Source: Parasitella parasitica NRRL 2501 (taxonomy: Eukaryota; Fungi; Mucoromycota). From it: a DNA stretch of 64,000 nt. A model generated the notes under the pieces. That model was given only the letters and a program-made list of their open reading frames with translations. It was not told where the DNA came from and made no database searches. Where the stretch lies: assembly GCA_025201805.1 (NCBI GenBank), contig MU619342.1:1-64000 (forward strand), in the 5' to 3' direction. Below, piece by piece: positions 51,784 to 64,000 of this stretch; the stretch's first letter is position 1; every line of letters starts with the position of its first letter. The translations under genes and the position numbers were made by a program.

Positions 51784-54431
51784 TTAACCGCTGCACATGA
51801 GACAGGCGTCCTGGTTATCTATGGAGCACTGTAGCTGGGCTAATCTTTTTTCTTCTTCTGCTTCTTGCTCGGTTTTGTTTTCAGCCAAGGCCATACTCTT
51901 GAGGGCCAGCTGATCGACAGTGAATTTAATGGCATCGACAGCAGGCCTTGATCGCAGATAATACATGCCAGTCTTCAACCCCTTTTTCCAGGCGTAAAAA
52001 TGCATCGAGGTGAGCTTGCCGTAATTAGGCTCCGCAGAGAACAAGTTCATCGACTGCGACTGATCAATGAAAGCAGCTCTATCAGCAGCCATGTCAATAA
52101 TAGTACGCTGCGAGATCTCCCAGACGGTCTTGTAGAGCTTCTTTAAATTGTCAGGGATGTTGGGGATTTCTTGGATACTGCCGCCGTGTGCAATCATCAT
52201 GTTTTTGACATTATCATTCCACAAGCCCAGTCGAACAAGGTCGTTCAGCAAGTATTGATTAACCACTTGGAATTCGCCGCTTTGCACGCGACGAGTGTAG
52301 ATGTTGCTGGTGTAAGGTTCAAAGCATTCGTTGTTGCCCAATATCTGACTGGTGCTGGCGGTAGGCATAGGGGCCAGGAGAAGAGAGTTGCGGATACCAT
52401 GCTCTTTAATCTTGGCCCTGAGTGCGGGCCAATCAAAGCGATCTGAACCCTTTACTTTCCAGAGATCGTGTTGAAGCAAACCTTGGCTCACAGGCGAGCC
52501 TTTGTAAGTTTCATAAGGACCTACTTGTTGAGCAATTTCACAGGAAGCTTCCAAGGCAGCAAAGTAGATGCCTTCAAAGATGTCTTTGTTTAATTGACTG
52601 GCTTCGGGAGAATCAAATGGATAGCCCATCAGGATGAATGCATCAGCAAGGCCCTGAACACCGAGGCCGATACTGTTTCAGAGAAAGAGAGAGATTCAGT
52701 ACAACACCAAACGCAATTCGATATTACACACTTACGGTCTGTGTCTCATATTACTTGTGCGAGCTTCTTCTACAGGGTAGTAGTTGACATCAATGACTTT
52801 GTTCAAGTTTTTGGTGACAACCTTGGCAACCTCATGCAGTTTGCCAAAGTCGAAAGTCTTGGTCTCTGGGTCTACAAACTTGGGCAGAGCAAGAGAGGCC
52901 AGATTGCAGACAGCCACTTCATCAGGAGCAGTGTATTCGACAATCTCTGTGCACAGATTGGATGTGGAGATGGTGCCCAGATTCTTTTGATTTGACTTTT
53001 CGTTACAGGCGTCTTTGAAGCAGATGTCAATCATTTACTGCATATATCTTTATATGTATATATATATGTATATATTTAGCTTACCTTTATAAAGCATATA
53101 AGGCATACCAGTCTCGATTTGCGCTTCCAGGATGGCAAACCAGAGTTTTTGGGCATCGATTGTCTTTTTGGCTCTACCCTCAGCTTCATACTGGAGATAA
53201 AGAGCGTTGAACTTTTCGCCGTAGACCTCGTTTAAGCCAGGCGCTTCATTAGGACAGAAAAGAGACCATTTGCCGTTATCTTCGACACCTGCATAAGAAG
53301 AAGAAAAAAAAAATGTTTAGTTGACAGAATGGTAGTCTAAATTCACAACATACGCTGCATAAAGAGATCCGGCACCCACAGGCCCAAGAATAAATCACGA
53401 GCGCGCATTTCCTCGGCGCCATTGTTCTTTCTCAATTCCAAAAAGTCAAAGACATCCACATGCCAAGGCTCAAGGTACATGGCAAAGTTTCCGTTGCGCT
53501 TTCCGCCACCCTGAGTGACAAAACGAGCAGTGTCGTTGAACACGCGGAGCATAGGAACAATGCCATTCGACGTGCCGTTGGTGCCAGCGATGTAGGAACC
53601 TGAGCCACGGATCTTTTGAAAGGCAACACCAACACCGCCAGCAGCTTTGGAGATGCGTGCACACGTTGTAAGCGTATCGTAGATGCCCTCAATACTGTCG
53701 TCGCGCATTTGCACAAGGAAGCAGCTCGATAGCTGAGGCTTGGGCGTGCCAGCGTTGAACAAGGTGGGAGTCGCATGCGTAAAGTATTTAGAAGACATCA
53801 GGTCGTAGGTCTTGAAGGCGCTCTCCAGATCAGAGCCGTGGATGCCCAGAGCCACACGCATAATCATATACTGCGGACGCTCAACAATCTTGCCGTTGAT
53901 TTTAAACAGGTAGCTACGCTCCAGCGTTTTGAATCCAAAAAAGTTGAATGCGAAATCTCTTTCGCATACAATGGCAGCATCGATCCTCTCAGCGTTGGCC
54001 TTCACAACGTCATACAGCTCCTTGGAGATGAGAGGATTGGGCTGCTTGAGCTTGGGATGTACGTGGTGATACAGCTTGTCGATTACAGTGCTGAATTTAT
54101 CATCTGTTTCCTTTTGGAGATTGGATATGACAATGCGCGCTGCCAGGACGGCAAAGTCAGGATGGCTGGTTGTCATGTACGCCGCAGTCTCTGCAGCCAG
54201 ATTGTCCAATTCAACAGTTGTGATGCCCTGATAGACGCCTGATACTACCTTTTGAGAGATCTGAGCAGGGATGACGAAATCCTCGTTGAGGCCGTAACAT
54301 AGCTTGGCAATGCGAGAAGTGATCTTGTCGAAATGGACGTTTTCTTTGCTGCCGTCTGTTTTGAGAGCATGTTAGTTGCCCTATCAATGGATTCGTAGCC
54401 GCACAAACATACCTCTTTTAATAACATACAT
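51784..54431 (-). CDS. RNR1: Ribonucleoside-diphosphate reductase large subunit (class Ia), multi-exon
   Basis: MYVIKR ATP cone; [10 protein letters not shown]; SNLCTEI; VCNLAS; [16 protein letters not shown]; KTGMYYLR; C-terminal CLMCSG. Confidence 0.97.
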
Positions 54432-54583
54432 CATTCTTTGGTTGTACTTGTTATTGCTGTCAGTTTATCAAATATGAAAGGAAATCTTCCTGCTAAGATT
54501 TTTTTTTCTTTCTCGTAAAAAGAATTATGTACAAAGAGAGAGAGAGAAAGAGAGAAGGAGGGAGGAAAAGGAGCATTCCATTC

Positions 54584-54641
54584 ACGTCGCGCCTACTTGA
54601 ACGCCTGTCATTGTATTACATTGATTATAAACGCGACGCGC
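54584..54641. promoter_or_regulatory. MCB/E2F-like CGCG elements upstream of RNR1
   Basis: ACGCGACGCG at 54631-54640 and ACGTCGCGCC at 54584-54593, 150-210 bp upstream of the RNR1 ATG. G1/S control of RNR1 through CGCG-core sites is established in fungi. Confidence 0.55.
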
Positions 54642-55330
54642 TCATGCTCTTCTCAACGTCACTTAACCAACATGTCAAGAACAGTTGCATGTTACACGGT
54701 CGATAGTTGCTGCATCTTTTGCAATCATCAGATATATAGTCAAATGGTATATATAAAGAAAGAAAGAAAGAAAGAAAAAAGCGTATTTCAGGAACACGCC
54801 TCTTGATGTATCATGTTTGATTTGACACAAAAAGAAATGGAGGTTTCAGAGAATAAAGCAAACAGTGCCGACAGATATTGACATTAACATTTGCGTATTA
54901 GGCTCACGCTCTCTGTGTGTACAGAAACCGCCCATCACAATCCATTTGTTAATGACAAGCTTATCAAATGTACGATAATCAAATCCTGCTAAACCTTTCA
55001 TGTTAAATGCCTCGTATCTGTCGCAAAAGTTACCAAAAAGAAGCATGGTTAAAGACAAACAAAGATCTCGTGTAGCAAAAAAAAACAGCTTTTCTTTTCA
55101 TACTCGAGGCACATTTGCTCACAACTTCCGTTAAAGAAACCGTTGGACCGAGATTGAACCTGGAAAACACAAGTGACAACTGCGTGTACTGTCGAATTTT
55201 CAATTATGGGCAAGTAAAAGTTACCAGGGGAAAACAGCAATTTTGGTACAGTATGTGGAATTTGCATTACAAATGCTAATGGGCTTTAAATAAACACCGA
55301 ATTATGGATTGATTTACGTTTGGCTGATGC

Positions 55331-55402
55331 CAGGCATGGTCATCGCTATCCGAGCATAACTTGATTTTCCACTGAGCAATGTGTCTATCAAAAGTTATGC
55401 GC
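55331..55402 (-). repeat. Dispersed partial third copy of the 343-bp repeat unit
   Basis: Reverse complement gcataacttttgat...gctcagtggaaaatcaagttatgctcggatagcgatgaccatgcctg matches ~39038-39109 and ~39379-39450. Confidence 0.75.
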
Positions 55403-55619
55403 TGGTTTCACTCTTTCCTCCGCACTTTAGCCCAAGGCGAGGCAGGAGCATGCTAGAAGACCTGCTACAGTTGTGCAATAAATAAATCTGGCAATTTCGT
55501 TGCAACAAAACCTCAGTACATCCTTCCTTATCAAGACGTGCTCGTATTGATAGTGTACAAGTATTTAATGTCCTCTAATGTAAGTGATAACACTAGTCTT
55601 TTTTGGCCCCTTTCAATAA

Positions 55620-55654
<35 letters not shown>

Positions 55655-55662
55655 AAGAAATC

Positions 55663-56966
55663 ATGAAGTGGATGGGAAAAAGAGTAGCGCCCTATGTATT
55701 TTTGACAGCTGGTCTGATGCTTGTACTTTTATCAATCCAAACGTATTTCACCATCTCCAAAAATAACAGGATACAAGCAAGCGGGAAAAATGGCGCACAG
55801 CTACAAGACAACAGCCCTGTAAAAGCGTGTTTTGTAGTTTTGGTGCGAAATAGCGAATTGGATGGCATTGCTTCTACAATGCTTCAGCTGGAAAAGACAT
55901 TCAACTCCAAGTTCAACTACCCCTATGTGTTTCTAAATGACGATGATTTTACAACAGAGTTCAAGCAGTCGACTGCTGCGTTGACAAAAGCACAAACAAA
56001 ATACGGAAAGGTTGACCATCAAATGTGGGGCTATCCGCCTCATATCAACCAAACCTACGCCGCTGATTGTAGAAACAAAATGGCAGCCAAGGGCATTCCT
56101 TATGCAGACAGTGAGTCGTATAGACATATGTGCAGGTAAATTTTGATTGCTTGCTTTTTTTTTTCTTTTTTTTCCAGGAGCTATGTTACTGATTTTTGCG
56201 CAAGATTTCAAAGCGGATTCTTCTTTAGACATCCCATGTTGGATGAGTACGATTATTACTGGCGCATCGAACCCTACGTTGACTATACGTGCGACGTCGA
56301 CTACGATGTGTTTAAATTCATGCGAAACAACAACAAGAAATACGGTAAGTCTTTTCAGCCTTTTACAACGGGTATAATCAAGGCAGCAGTCCAGCTAACA
56401 TTTGTAAAGGCTTTACCATTGCTTTCAGAGAATTTCTCGAAACCGTGCCGACTCTGTGGCAGACAGTGATGGACTTTAAACGAGACTATCCTGATGTTGC
56501 TTCTCGATGGCCTTCCGAAAAAGATTCGTTGGAGAAATTTGTTACAAACGACGGCAACAGTTACAATGGATGTCATTTTTGGACCAACTTTGAGATTGCA
56601 TCGCTCGACCTGTGGAGATCAAACGATTATCTGAAACTGTTTAGCTATTTGGATCAGCAAGGCGGGTTCTTTTATGAGCGCTGGGGAGACGCTCCTGTAC
56701 ATTCGATAGCTGCGTCGTTGATGCTGAACCAGAGAGATTTTCACTTTTTTAACGATATTGGCTACAGACATACTGCGTATACACATTGTCCTACAGAGCC
56801 CGAGTTCCGTGATAAATGCTCATGTGATCCAGGCGTAAATATGGGTAATGCAATATAATTTAGCTGCAACTTTTTTTTTTATGCCATATAACTAACGTGT
56901 AATGCGCTGATAGATTATACTGATCCAATGTCATGCTACCCTGTATATAAAGCAGCTTTCGATTGA
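55663..56966 (+). CDS. KRE2/MNT1-family alpha-1,2-mannosyltransferase (GT15), 4 exons
   Basis: Type II TM anchor; ACFVVLVRNSEL; YPYVFLND; SYRHMCRFQSGFF; YYWRIEP; CHFWTNFEI; GGFFYERWGDAPVH. Confidence 0.93.
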
Positions 56967-57110
56967 TGCCTTTGCTTGAAACAACGTCGAATGCCCTTGT
57001 ATTACTAGAAAACCTAATCGGTCTTGTCAACACAATCGAGTCCAATGCAGATGTGTATTTATCATGCGTTTAGATACAACTATCACCAACAATTTTTTTT
57101 TTTTTTTTTT

Positions 57111-57385
57111 NNNNNNNNNNNNNNNNNNNNNNNNNNNNNNNNNNNNNNNNNNNNNNNNNNNNNNNNNNNNNNNNNNNNNNNNNNNNNNNNNNNNNNNNNN
57201 NNNNNNNNNNNNNNNNNNNNNNNNNNNNNNNNNNNNNNNNNNNNNNNNNNNNNNNNNNNNNNNNNNNNNNNNNNNNNNNNNNNNNNNNNNNNNNNNNNNN
57301 NNNNNNNNNNNNNNNNNNNNNNNNNNNNNNNNNNNNNNNNNNNNNNNNNNNNNNNNNNNNNNNNNNNNNNNNNNNNNNNNNNNNN
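57111..57385. other. Assembly gap (N run)
   Basis: Run of n. Confidence 1.
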
Positions 57386-57443
57386 CTCTCCTTCTTTCCT
57401 TCTTCTTTTCTATTGTACATAATTGCATACAGACATAAACAAC

Positions 57444-59553
57444 ATGACAGGTATATGTGTTTGTGAGCTCAAATTGAGGCTTGATTCATTGCATACTGAC
57501 CTTTTCTGTCGAGCAGAATTATACAAGGTACTCTTTGCCTACGACACTGACAAAGAGGATGAATTAACTCTTATACAAGGAGAGACCATTCGTATCACCA
57601 GCAAGGACAGCCCAGATTGGTGGCTGGCTCAGAAGATAGATGATAGCGAAAAGTCGGGCCTTGTGCCAAGCAATGTAAGGCTGTCTCGATTACTATTCCA
57701 ATTGTGTGCTGACCTGTATATGTCTGAGTGCAGTTTATCGAAAAGCTCTCCAGCGAAGGTAACGTATTTGCAGCGTAGTGGCAGCAGTTTATCGAGATGT
57801 TTAAAATCCACTTGCTGTGCTTTAGGCATGACTCTGGCTATCGTCATCCAGGACTATTTGGCCCATGCGCCCGAGGAATTGTCATTGGAAAAGAACAGAG
57901 TTGTAGCTGTCCTGGACCAAAATGTAGCAGAGGGTTGGTGGAAGGGTGATTTAAACGGAAAAACTGGTATTTTCCCGGCCAATGTAAGTGATTTTGAACT
58001 TTATATAAAATTTCTCTAATTTATCCTCTTAGCACGTGGAATTGGTGGAAGAAGGTGATCATGATAGTAAAGCTAAAAGTGAGCAGCGTTTGGGAGTTTG
58101 TATGATTATATATGCAGCCAATTAACTGTCGGTTGATAGAAGACACATTCAAGCTGGCTTCGTATGGTGTAAAGCAAGGCGGAATCGGCAGCATCCTTGC
58201 CGGTGGGTTCAATCTGAAAAGAGCAAGCACTTTAAGCAACAGAGCCTCATTGAATGAACGGCCTACCTTGACCAACTCTCCTGAAGTACATCCACCATCT
58301 ATTCCCAGTAAACCTCGTCCCTCGCTGATTAAACCTACAGACATCAAACTTGAAAACAGCGCTCCCTCTGAGTCAGCCAAGAGTAAGTTTGTAAAATGAG
58401 CAATAAGTCTCTTGCGCATGGACTAACTGTTGCAACAGACAATGGGGAAAAGGCTATGGTGTTGCATGATTATAAACCCGAGAATGACGACGAGGTCAAA
58501 CTTATGAGGGGCGAATATGTTACCGTTATTGACTATATGGAAAACGATGGATGGTGGAAAGGAACTAGTGAAAGTGGAGCTACTGGCATTTTCCCGTCTA
58601 ATTTTGTGCAAATTTTAAAAGAGGATAAACCACCTCAGCGACCTGCTCGTGCTAGGCCTGCCACTGTCAAAACAGAAACGGCCTCGGTTACGCCCACGGC
58701 TACTGAAAGCACCGGTATGGCTCGTCCCCCGCCTGTACCCGTAACAACTCGACCAACGTCTCTTTTGTCTAATCGAGAGAGCCGTTCCCCAGCTTCTAGT
58801 GTGAGTTCTCCTCCCCAACCTCCCCGTCCCACTACGACACCACCCAGGCCGGTGACATCCCCTCCTATTGCCGCTCGTCGTACCAACACCATCATGTCGC
58901 CTTCCTCTAACAGTAATGACAATGCAGCCAGTAATCATGGGCACAAGCGCATTCCGTCTATCCCATTAATGTCGCCCGACTTGCCTCCCGTGTCGCCTGT
59001 TCTTGAACGCCCGACAAGACCTATTCCTCGTCCAACATCTACCACGTCGAGTGATTCAACTGCGCCTGCCGTGCCTGTCCGAGCTAATTTCAGTATGAGC
59101 CCTGAAAATAGCACCGCTATCCACAACATGGCAAAACCGCCAAAGGTCAACTTTGGGTCAAGAGCAAACCCTGCGCCAGTGGTTCCTGTTCGTTCGCCAT
59201 CGACTAGTAGGCCTTGCTCTATCAACGACGTGGTGGATAAAGGTGAGCCGGCCCCTCCTCTCGCTCCTAAACGCTCAATGCCTCCACTTCCCGAAGCACC
59301 ATCGCCGGCCGTATCTACTGAAAGAATCAAGCCTCCTCATCCTACTGGAGCTCTCCCCTCTACGCCACCCTCCGCTGCAAGCGACGCACCCAAGGAGGAC
59401 GCTGAAGAGGCATTGGATGCAAAGATTCGACGAATGATAAAGTCAGAAACTAACAAAATACGCAGAGAGTTTGAAACTCGCTTGGAAGACGAGCGTATCG
59501 AACGTCTAAAACTTCAGGTTGAACTAGAGGAGTTGAGAGCAAGTTTGAATTAA
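57444..59553 (+). CDS. Adaptor with three SH3 domains, proline-rich region and C-terminal coiled coil (CIN85/CD2AP-like architecture)
   Basis: Three SH3 signatures (AYD..EDELT..WW..GLVPSN; DY...EELS..GWWKG..GIFPAN; DY...DEV..GWWKG..GIFPSNFV), PxxP-rich tail and ERIERLKLQVELEELR. Confidence 0.85.
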
Positions 59554-59617
59554 ATGATTCTTGAAATAAACCCCCCCCCCTTTTTTTTTATTGCTATTGT
59601 TATTATTAATAATATTA

Positions 59618-60346
59618 TTATTGCGAAGCGTCTAAACCCTTCGTTCTTTCACTATTCATCACTTCCATCATAACTTGGTTGCACATTTTTGCAAAAGGAT
59701 TTTCTGCAACTGCAATGTTGCGAGCAACAGGGTTGCCCAGCTTGGCGCCCATTTCGAAATCCTTCTTTGAGCTCACCAAATCTCCTTGCTGTCGCTTGAT
59801 GATAGCTCGCTGGGTATAGGCCTGTCTCAGAATCTTGGGCTGCCCTTCTCCAACGTCGGAAATGACGTGGTCCAAATCAGCCAATGCCTTGTCTAGCTCA
59901 TTGTTCATACGGTACACTTGAGCTCTGCATGAGCACATGGCAACTCAGTATTCTCATCCTGAAAACGCTTGACATCAAACTTTACCTGTTGTTGTATGCC
60001 GATGCGTATTTATCTTCCATCTGTATGCATTGGCAGAGTATCTCCAATGCTTTTGCTGTGTCTTGCTTTTCTTCGGCCAGGCCAATTGCTTCCTTTTCCA
60101 TGGCCTCCAACCTACTCTGTACATCAGAAGAGACGGTGTATTCTACCTTGCCATTAGATCGCAGCGATCAAATTCTTGATAATTTCCTTACTCGGTTCAG
60201 AATCTGCTGTGGAGGACACGGTACCAAGCCCTTGGCTTTCTAATGCCCACAGCGACATTAGCGCTTCATCCGCAAGACACGGCCCATATATATACTTTAC
60301 CTGGGTTGAACAAGTAGTCTAAAACAGCATCATCAGAGGTCGACAT
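59618..60346 (-). CDS. TTC36: Tetratricopeptide repeat protein 36-like
   Basis: MSTSDDAVLDYLFNP start; YASAYNNRAQ; QAYTQRA; ENPFAKMCNQVM C-terminus typical of TTC36. Confidence 0.85.
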
Positions 60347-60653
60347 TCTTGATTTACTGCTGCGATGAGTGGAGAAGGAAGAAGGAAATAGACTCCAAAA
60401 ACGACCCACTGCAAGTGGTTTTATGCATTTCGGCAGCGTGAGAAAAAAAAAAGAAATGAAAGGCACTCAGGAAGTAAGCGGAAGCAACTTGTTTGTTCGT
60501 TCTTGCACATTTGGTTGGATATGGGCAAGCACGATGAGTACTACTGTGCCATGACACACCGCGTCAGTCTATCATAGCACAGCAATTTTGAGCAAACTAC
60601 GCTACCACGGGCGCTGTAGCATAAGAGCAAATCTGTCATTCCCTGAATGAATC

Positions 60654-60748
60654 NNNNNNNNNNNNNNNNNNNNNNNNNNNNNNNNNNNNNNNNNNNNNNN
60701 NNNNNNNNNNNNNNNNNNNNNNNNNNNNNNNNNNNNNNNNNNNNNNNN
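60654..60748. other. Assembly gap (N run)
   Basis: Run of n. Confidence 1.
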
Positions 60749-60995
60749 AAAAAAAAAAACTAGGGTCTATTGTGTGCTATTGCTTGGAATTGCTGCTTGA
60801 TCCAGTTGTAGGGCTTGCTTTACTGGCCAAATGAGAGAAAGAGAGAGAGAGAGAGCCTTCTTGCACATAGACTTGACCCATCGCTGCAACAAGTAGGCTA
60901 CTTGATGAGGCTATTAAAAAGCCGCAGAAAATATTTTGTGGTTTATTTTTTATCCCACTTTTTTTCATTGATTGCATCTTCTTTAATTATAAACC

Positions 60996-61634
60996 ATGAA
61001 TCCAGCAGCCAAGCTAGCAGGTCGTAACAATGCAAGTATTTTGTGATGGATAGCGCAGACAGTACATGCTTCTAACAGCTTGCTTTATTACATTTAGGCA
61101 CGTTTGCCGCCAGAAGTCAACAGAGTCTTATTCGTAAGGTATGCAAAAATGAATAGAACCAATCCAAGAAAAGCCGCAAAAAGCTAATCGACTCGACAGG
61201 AATTTACCGTTCAAGATCACAACCGAAGAGATATACGAAGTGTTCGGAAAATATGGGCCTATTAGACAAATTCGAGTGTACAGAAAAAAAAAAAAAAAAA
61301 ACCCTCCCCCAAATGCTCTGTGTGGAAGATGGACTAACGTAATTTTGGCTGTAGTGGAAATGCCTCAGATACCCGCGGTACAGCATTCGTAGTCTACGAA
61401 GACATCTTTGATGCGAAAAACGCTTGCGAGCATTTACAGGGCTTCAACATTCTCGGCCGTTATTTGATTGTTCTTTATTACCAACAAAACAAGGTGACCA
61501 AAAAGATGAATTTGCAAAAGAAAGAAGAGGAAATTAGAGAAATGAAAGCGTAAGTCTGTAGGGCAAGAGTACGTTATGATCTGCGAATGCTAAATCTTTG
61601 GTTTTCTAGACGTTACGGTGTTGATGATGATTAG
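60996..61634 (+). CDS. SF3B6: Splicing factor 3B subunit 6 (p14, RRM), 5 exons; not in the ORF track
   Basis: Spliced [82 protein letters not shown]. Confidence 0.95.
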
Positions 61635-61857
61635 ATACTATTTCTGCGCCTTATCGACGATCACAGTTTAGCCAATATCTTATTTTCCCCTCCATCAATT
61701 TGTATATATTTATATAAAAAAGAAAAAAAACACGTCGATACTTTTAAAATGCAACTTGCCGTAATGCGGATTATTTGTTTGTATGCTTGGATTCATTGTG
61801 CTTTATAGACAAGGATCAAGTTCGAGCCTGGAAAAGCCCTCTTTGCGATTCCGTACC

Positions 61858-63212
61858 ATGAAACCTATATTCTATTCCATCACATTGGCAGCTGCAGCAT
61901 TCTGCTTGGCTGTGTCGAGCGCACCCATTGACGTACGCAGCGATGACAGCAATAGGATTGTCAAATTGAAGCAGAGAGGATATCTTTATGGCAGTGGTAT
62001 ATACATTTATATATATATATATATTTATATATATAACTATGACTGTGCCCCCCCATGCGTCATGACAATTGACATGATAGGATAGGGTACACTGGCTCAA
62101 TTGGCATCGGCCAACACTCTGTAGACAGATTTAACATTGTTTTCGACACAGGTAGTTCCGATTTCTGGGTTCTTTCTGGCGAAGGCTGCATTTCCAAGCA
62201 GTACTGCCAAAGACATCACCGATACCAATCCAACGAATCCGCCAGCTACATACCACATGACACAGACCGATCACTCGTCATGAACTATGGTACAGGGTCG
62301 ATCAGCGCACACATTGGCCGTGATACAATTCATATCGGCACCATCCAAGTACGAGGCCAATTTGTTGCTGATGCGTACAAAATTTCCAAGGAATTCAATG
62401 ATCTACCTATTGACGGAATCATGGGTTTAGGGCTGCCTAGGCTCAGCAAAACAATACCAAACAAGCCGACGCTTGTGGAGAATATGGTCGAGCAGGGGCT
62501 GATTGACAGGGCCATGTTTAGTGTTTACACACAACCTGCAGGCGGGGAGATTGACTTTGGCGGCACTGATCCAAGCAACTATCAGGGATCAATCACATAT
62601 ACGCCAGTCATTGGAGATCTGTACTGGTCAGTGCAGATGACAAGCGCCTCGTTTGGCGATTATTCGATAGGCTCACGATACCTCATCATGGATACAGGTT
62701 GGCTTCAAATTTTTCTAATCCAAGTTGATGCTGTATTAACACGGTCAATCAAGGAACGACTCTGCTGCTCGTCTCTCCGGAAGAAGCCCAGAAAATACAT
62801 GCGCAGATAGAGGGATCACGATACAACAATGACGGGACGTACTCTGTCCCATGCAGTCTAAAAGAAACACTGCCTGATCTGGTCATCCAGATAGAAGGCC
62901 GTAAACTGTCTGTTTCACCAAATGACTATGTATTGCTGCCCTCAGATGGTGATTCATCCATGTGTCTATCAGGCATCTCTGGGCAAAATACAAACAAGCC
63001 CAACCACTGGATCATGGGAGACGTGTTTTTCAAAACACACTACACCGTAAGCAATAAGCACTGGCTGCACAATAAGCCATGCATTAATACATTTACAGGT
63101 CTTTGATCAAGAAAACATGAGAATTGGCATTGCATTAGCTAGAACTGATCCTAAATTGTCCATGGACGTCTATGACAAAGCTGGTGGATACAAGGCTGCA
63201 ATGAATGAATGA
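61858..63212 (+). CDS. Secreted pepsin-like (A1) aspartic protease, 4 exons
   Basis: Signal peptide; FDTGSSDFWV and IMDTGTTLL catalytic motifs; YGTGS flap; DGIMGLG; IMGDVFFK..YTVFD. Confidence 0.92.
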
Positions 63213-63608
63213 ATGAATGAATGAATGAATAAACGTTATGCTTGAGCAGCCAAGTAATGGCACAAGTTCATTCTCAGTGCTGTCAAAGCGGTGCATTAAA
63301 TAAACCCATTGCTTGTTTTATTGGCTTAAAGCTGCGATGGAGAGGAAGGGAGGAGGAGGAATATAACGAGCACAGAGGCCAAGCAGTAGATTCCCCTTTC
63401 TTAACCGAACGTTGTCACTATATTAGGTACATACTTTGTCAGTCAATCCAGCCATTCAAACCAGCCATGTCAAGCGAGACAATTCATGAACGTTCAAAAG
63501 ATGGATGGATGGATGGGATGTATCGAAACTTGAGATGGATGGATGGTTTGAATGGATGAGACTCGACGGCTACATGAGACAGAAACGCTAATAAAGCTTT
63601 CAAATAGA

Positions 63609-63857
63609 ATGGCTCAAAGACTTACTTATCGTCGTCGTTGTTCTTACAACACCCGTTCCAACCGTGTCAGAGCCGTAAAGACTCCCGGTAAGGGATCATT
63701 GTGGTATAATTCTTTAGACCAAGGCACTAATCTTTGCCGTGTGTAGGTGGAAAGCTCGTTGTCCAATACGAAAAGAAGCCTGTCAAGGCTCCTCGTTGTG
63801 GTGATTGTGGCGAGTCTCTCGCTGGTGTAAGTTTCATTTTTTTATTATAATTTCTAC

Positions 63858-63894
<37 letters not shown>

Positions 63895-64000
63895 CATGGC
63901 TCGTTAGACAAGGTTAAAGGTATTAACGGCCCTATCTCATCAAATAGATCAAGGCTCTCCGTCCTCGTGAGTTTGCTACCGTCTCCAAGACTCAAAAGAA
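63609..64000 (+). CDS. RPL34: 60S ribosomal protein L34 (eL34), runs off the window end
   Basis: [63 protein letters not shown] across two introns. Confidence 0.95.

Noticed and set aside
43606-54242. Many short antisense/overlapping ORFs within YRB2, THADA and RNR1 (also in NTH1 and MSH1)
   Set aside because: Shadow ORFs of long, more GC-rich coding exons, with no independent motifs.
57024-57438. ORFs with poly-X
   Set aside because: Artefacts of the N gap.

Overview
Eukaryotic DNA from an early-diverging fungus, almost certainly Mucorales (Mucor/Parasitella-like), judged from short GT-AG introns, AT-rich intergenic DNA and Mucorales-expanded gene families. The first ~15 kb is accessory and transposon-rich. 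It holds a frameshifted PIF/Harbinger-type Myb/SANT gene remnant, a TIR-bounded Tc1/mariner-type element with TA target duplication, a pseudogenised PD-(D/E)xK nuclease-like gene, an intact GT2 glycosyltransferase and diverged direct repeats. The main find is a decayed Fanzor (eukaryotic TnpB-like RNA-guided nuclease) locus at ~12.9-15.2 kb that the ORF track does not show. It is split by a 517-bp solo LTR with a 5-bp TSD; removing the LTR restores the frame, and RuvC-II, Zn-finger and RuvC-III motifs are readable. A hairpin-rich candidate omegaRNA follows. The rest is mostly housekeeping: RDS2/AcuM, MSH1, a WD40 protein, eIF3j, GST, NTH1, two convergent F-box paralogues, Yrb2/RanBP3, THADA/Trm732, RNR1, a KRE2-family mannosyltransferase, a CIN85/CD2AP-like SH3 adaptor, TTC36, SF3B6 (with a GC-AG intron), an aspartic protease and RPL34 (partial). 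There are two N gaps. I recognised no rRNA, tRNA or CRISPR array. All calls come from manual translation and motif recognition; no searches were run.
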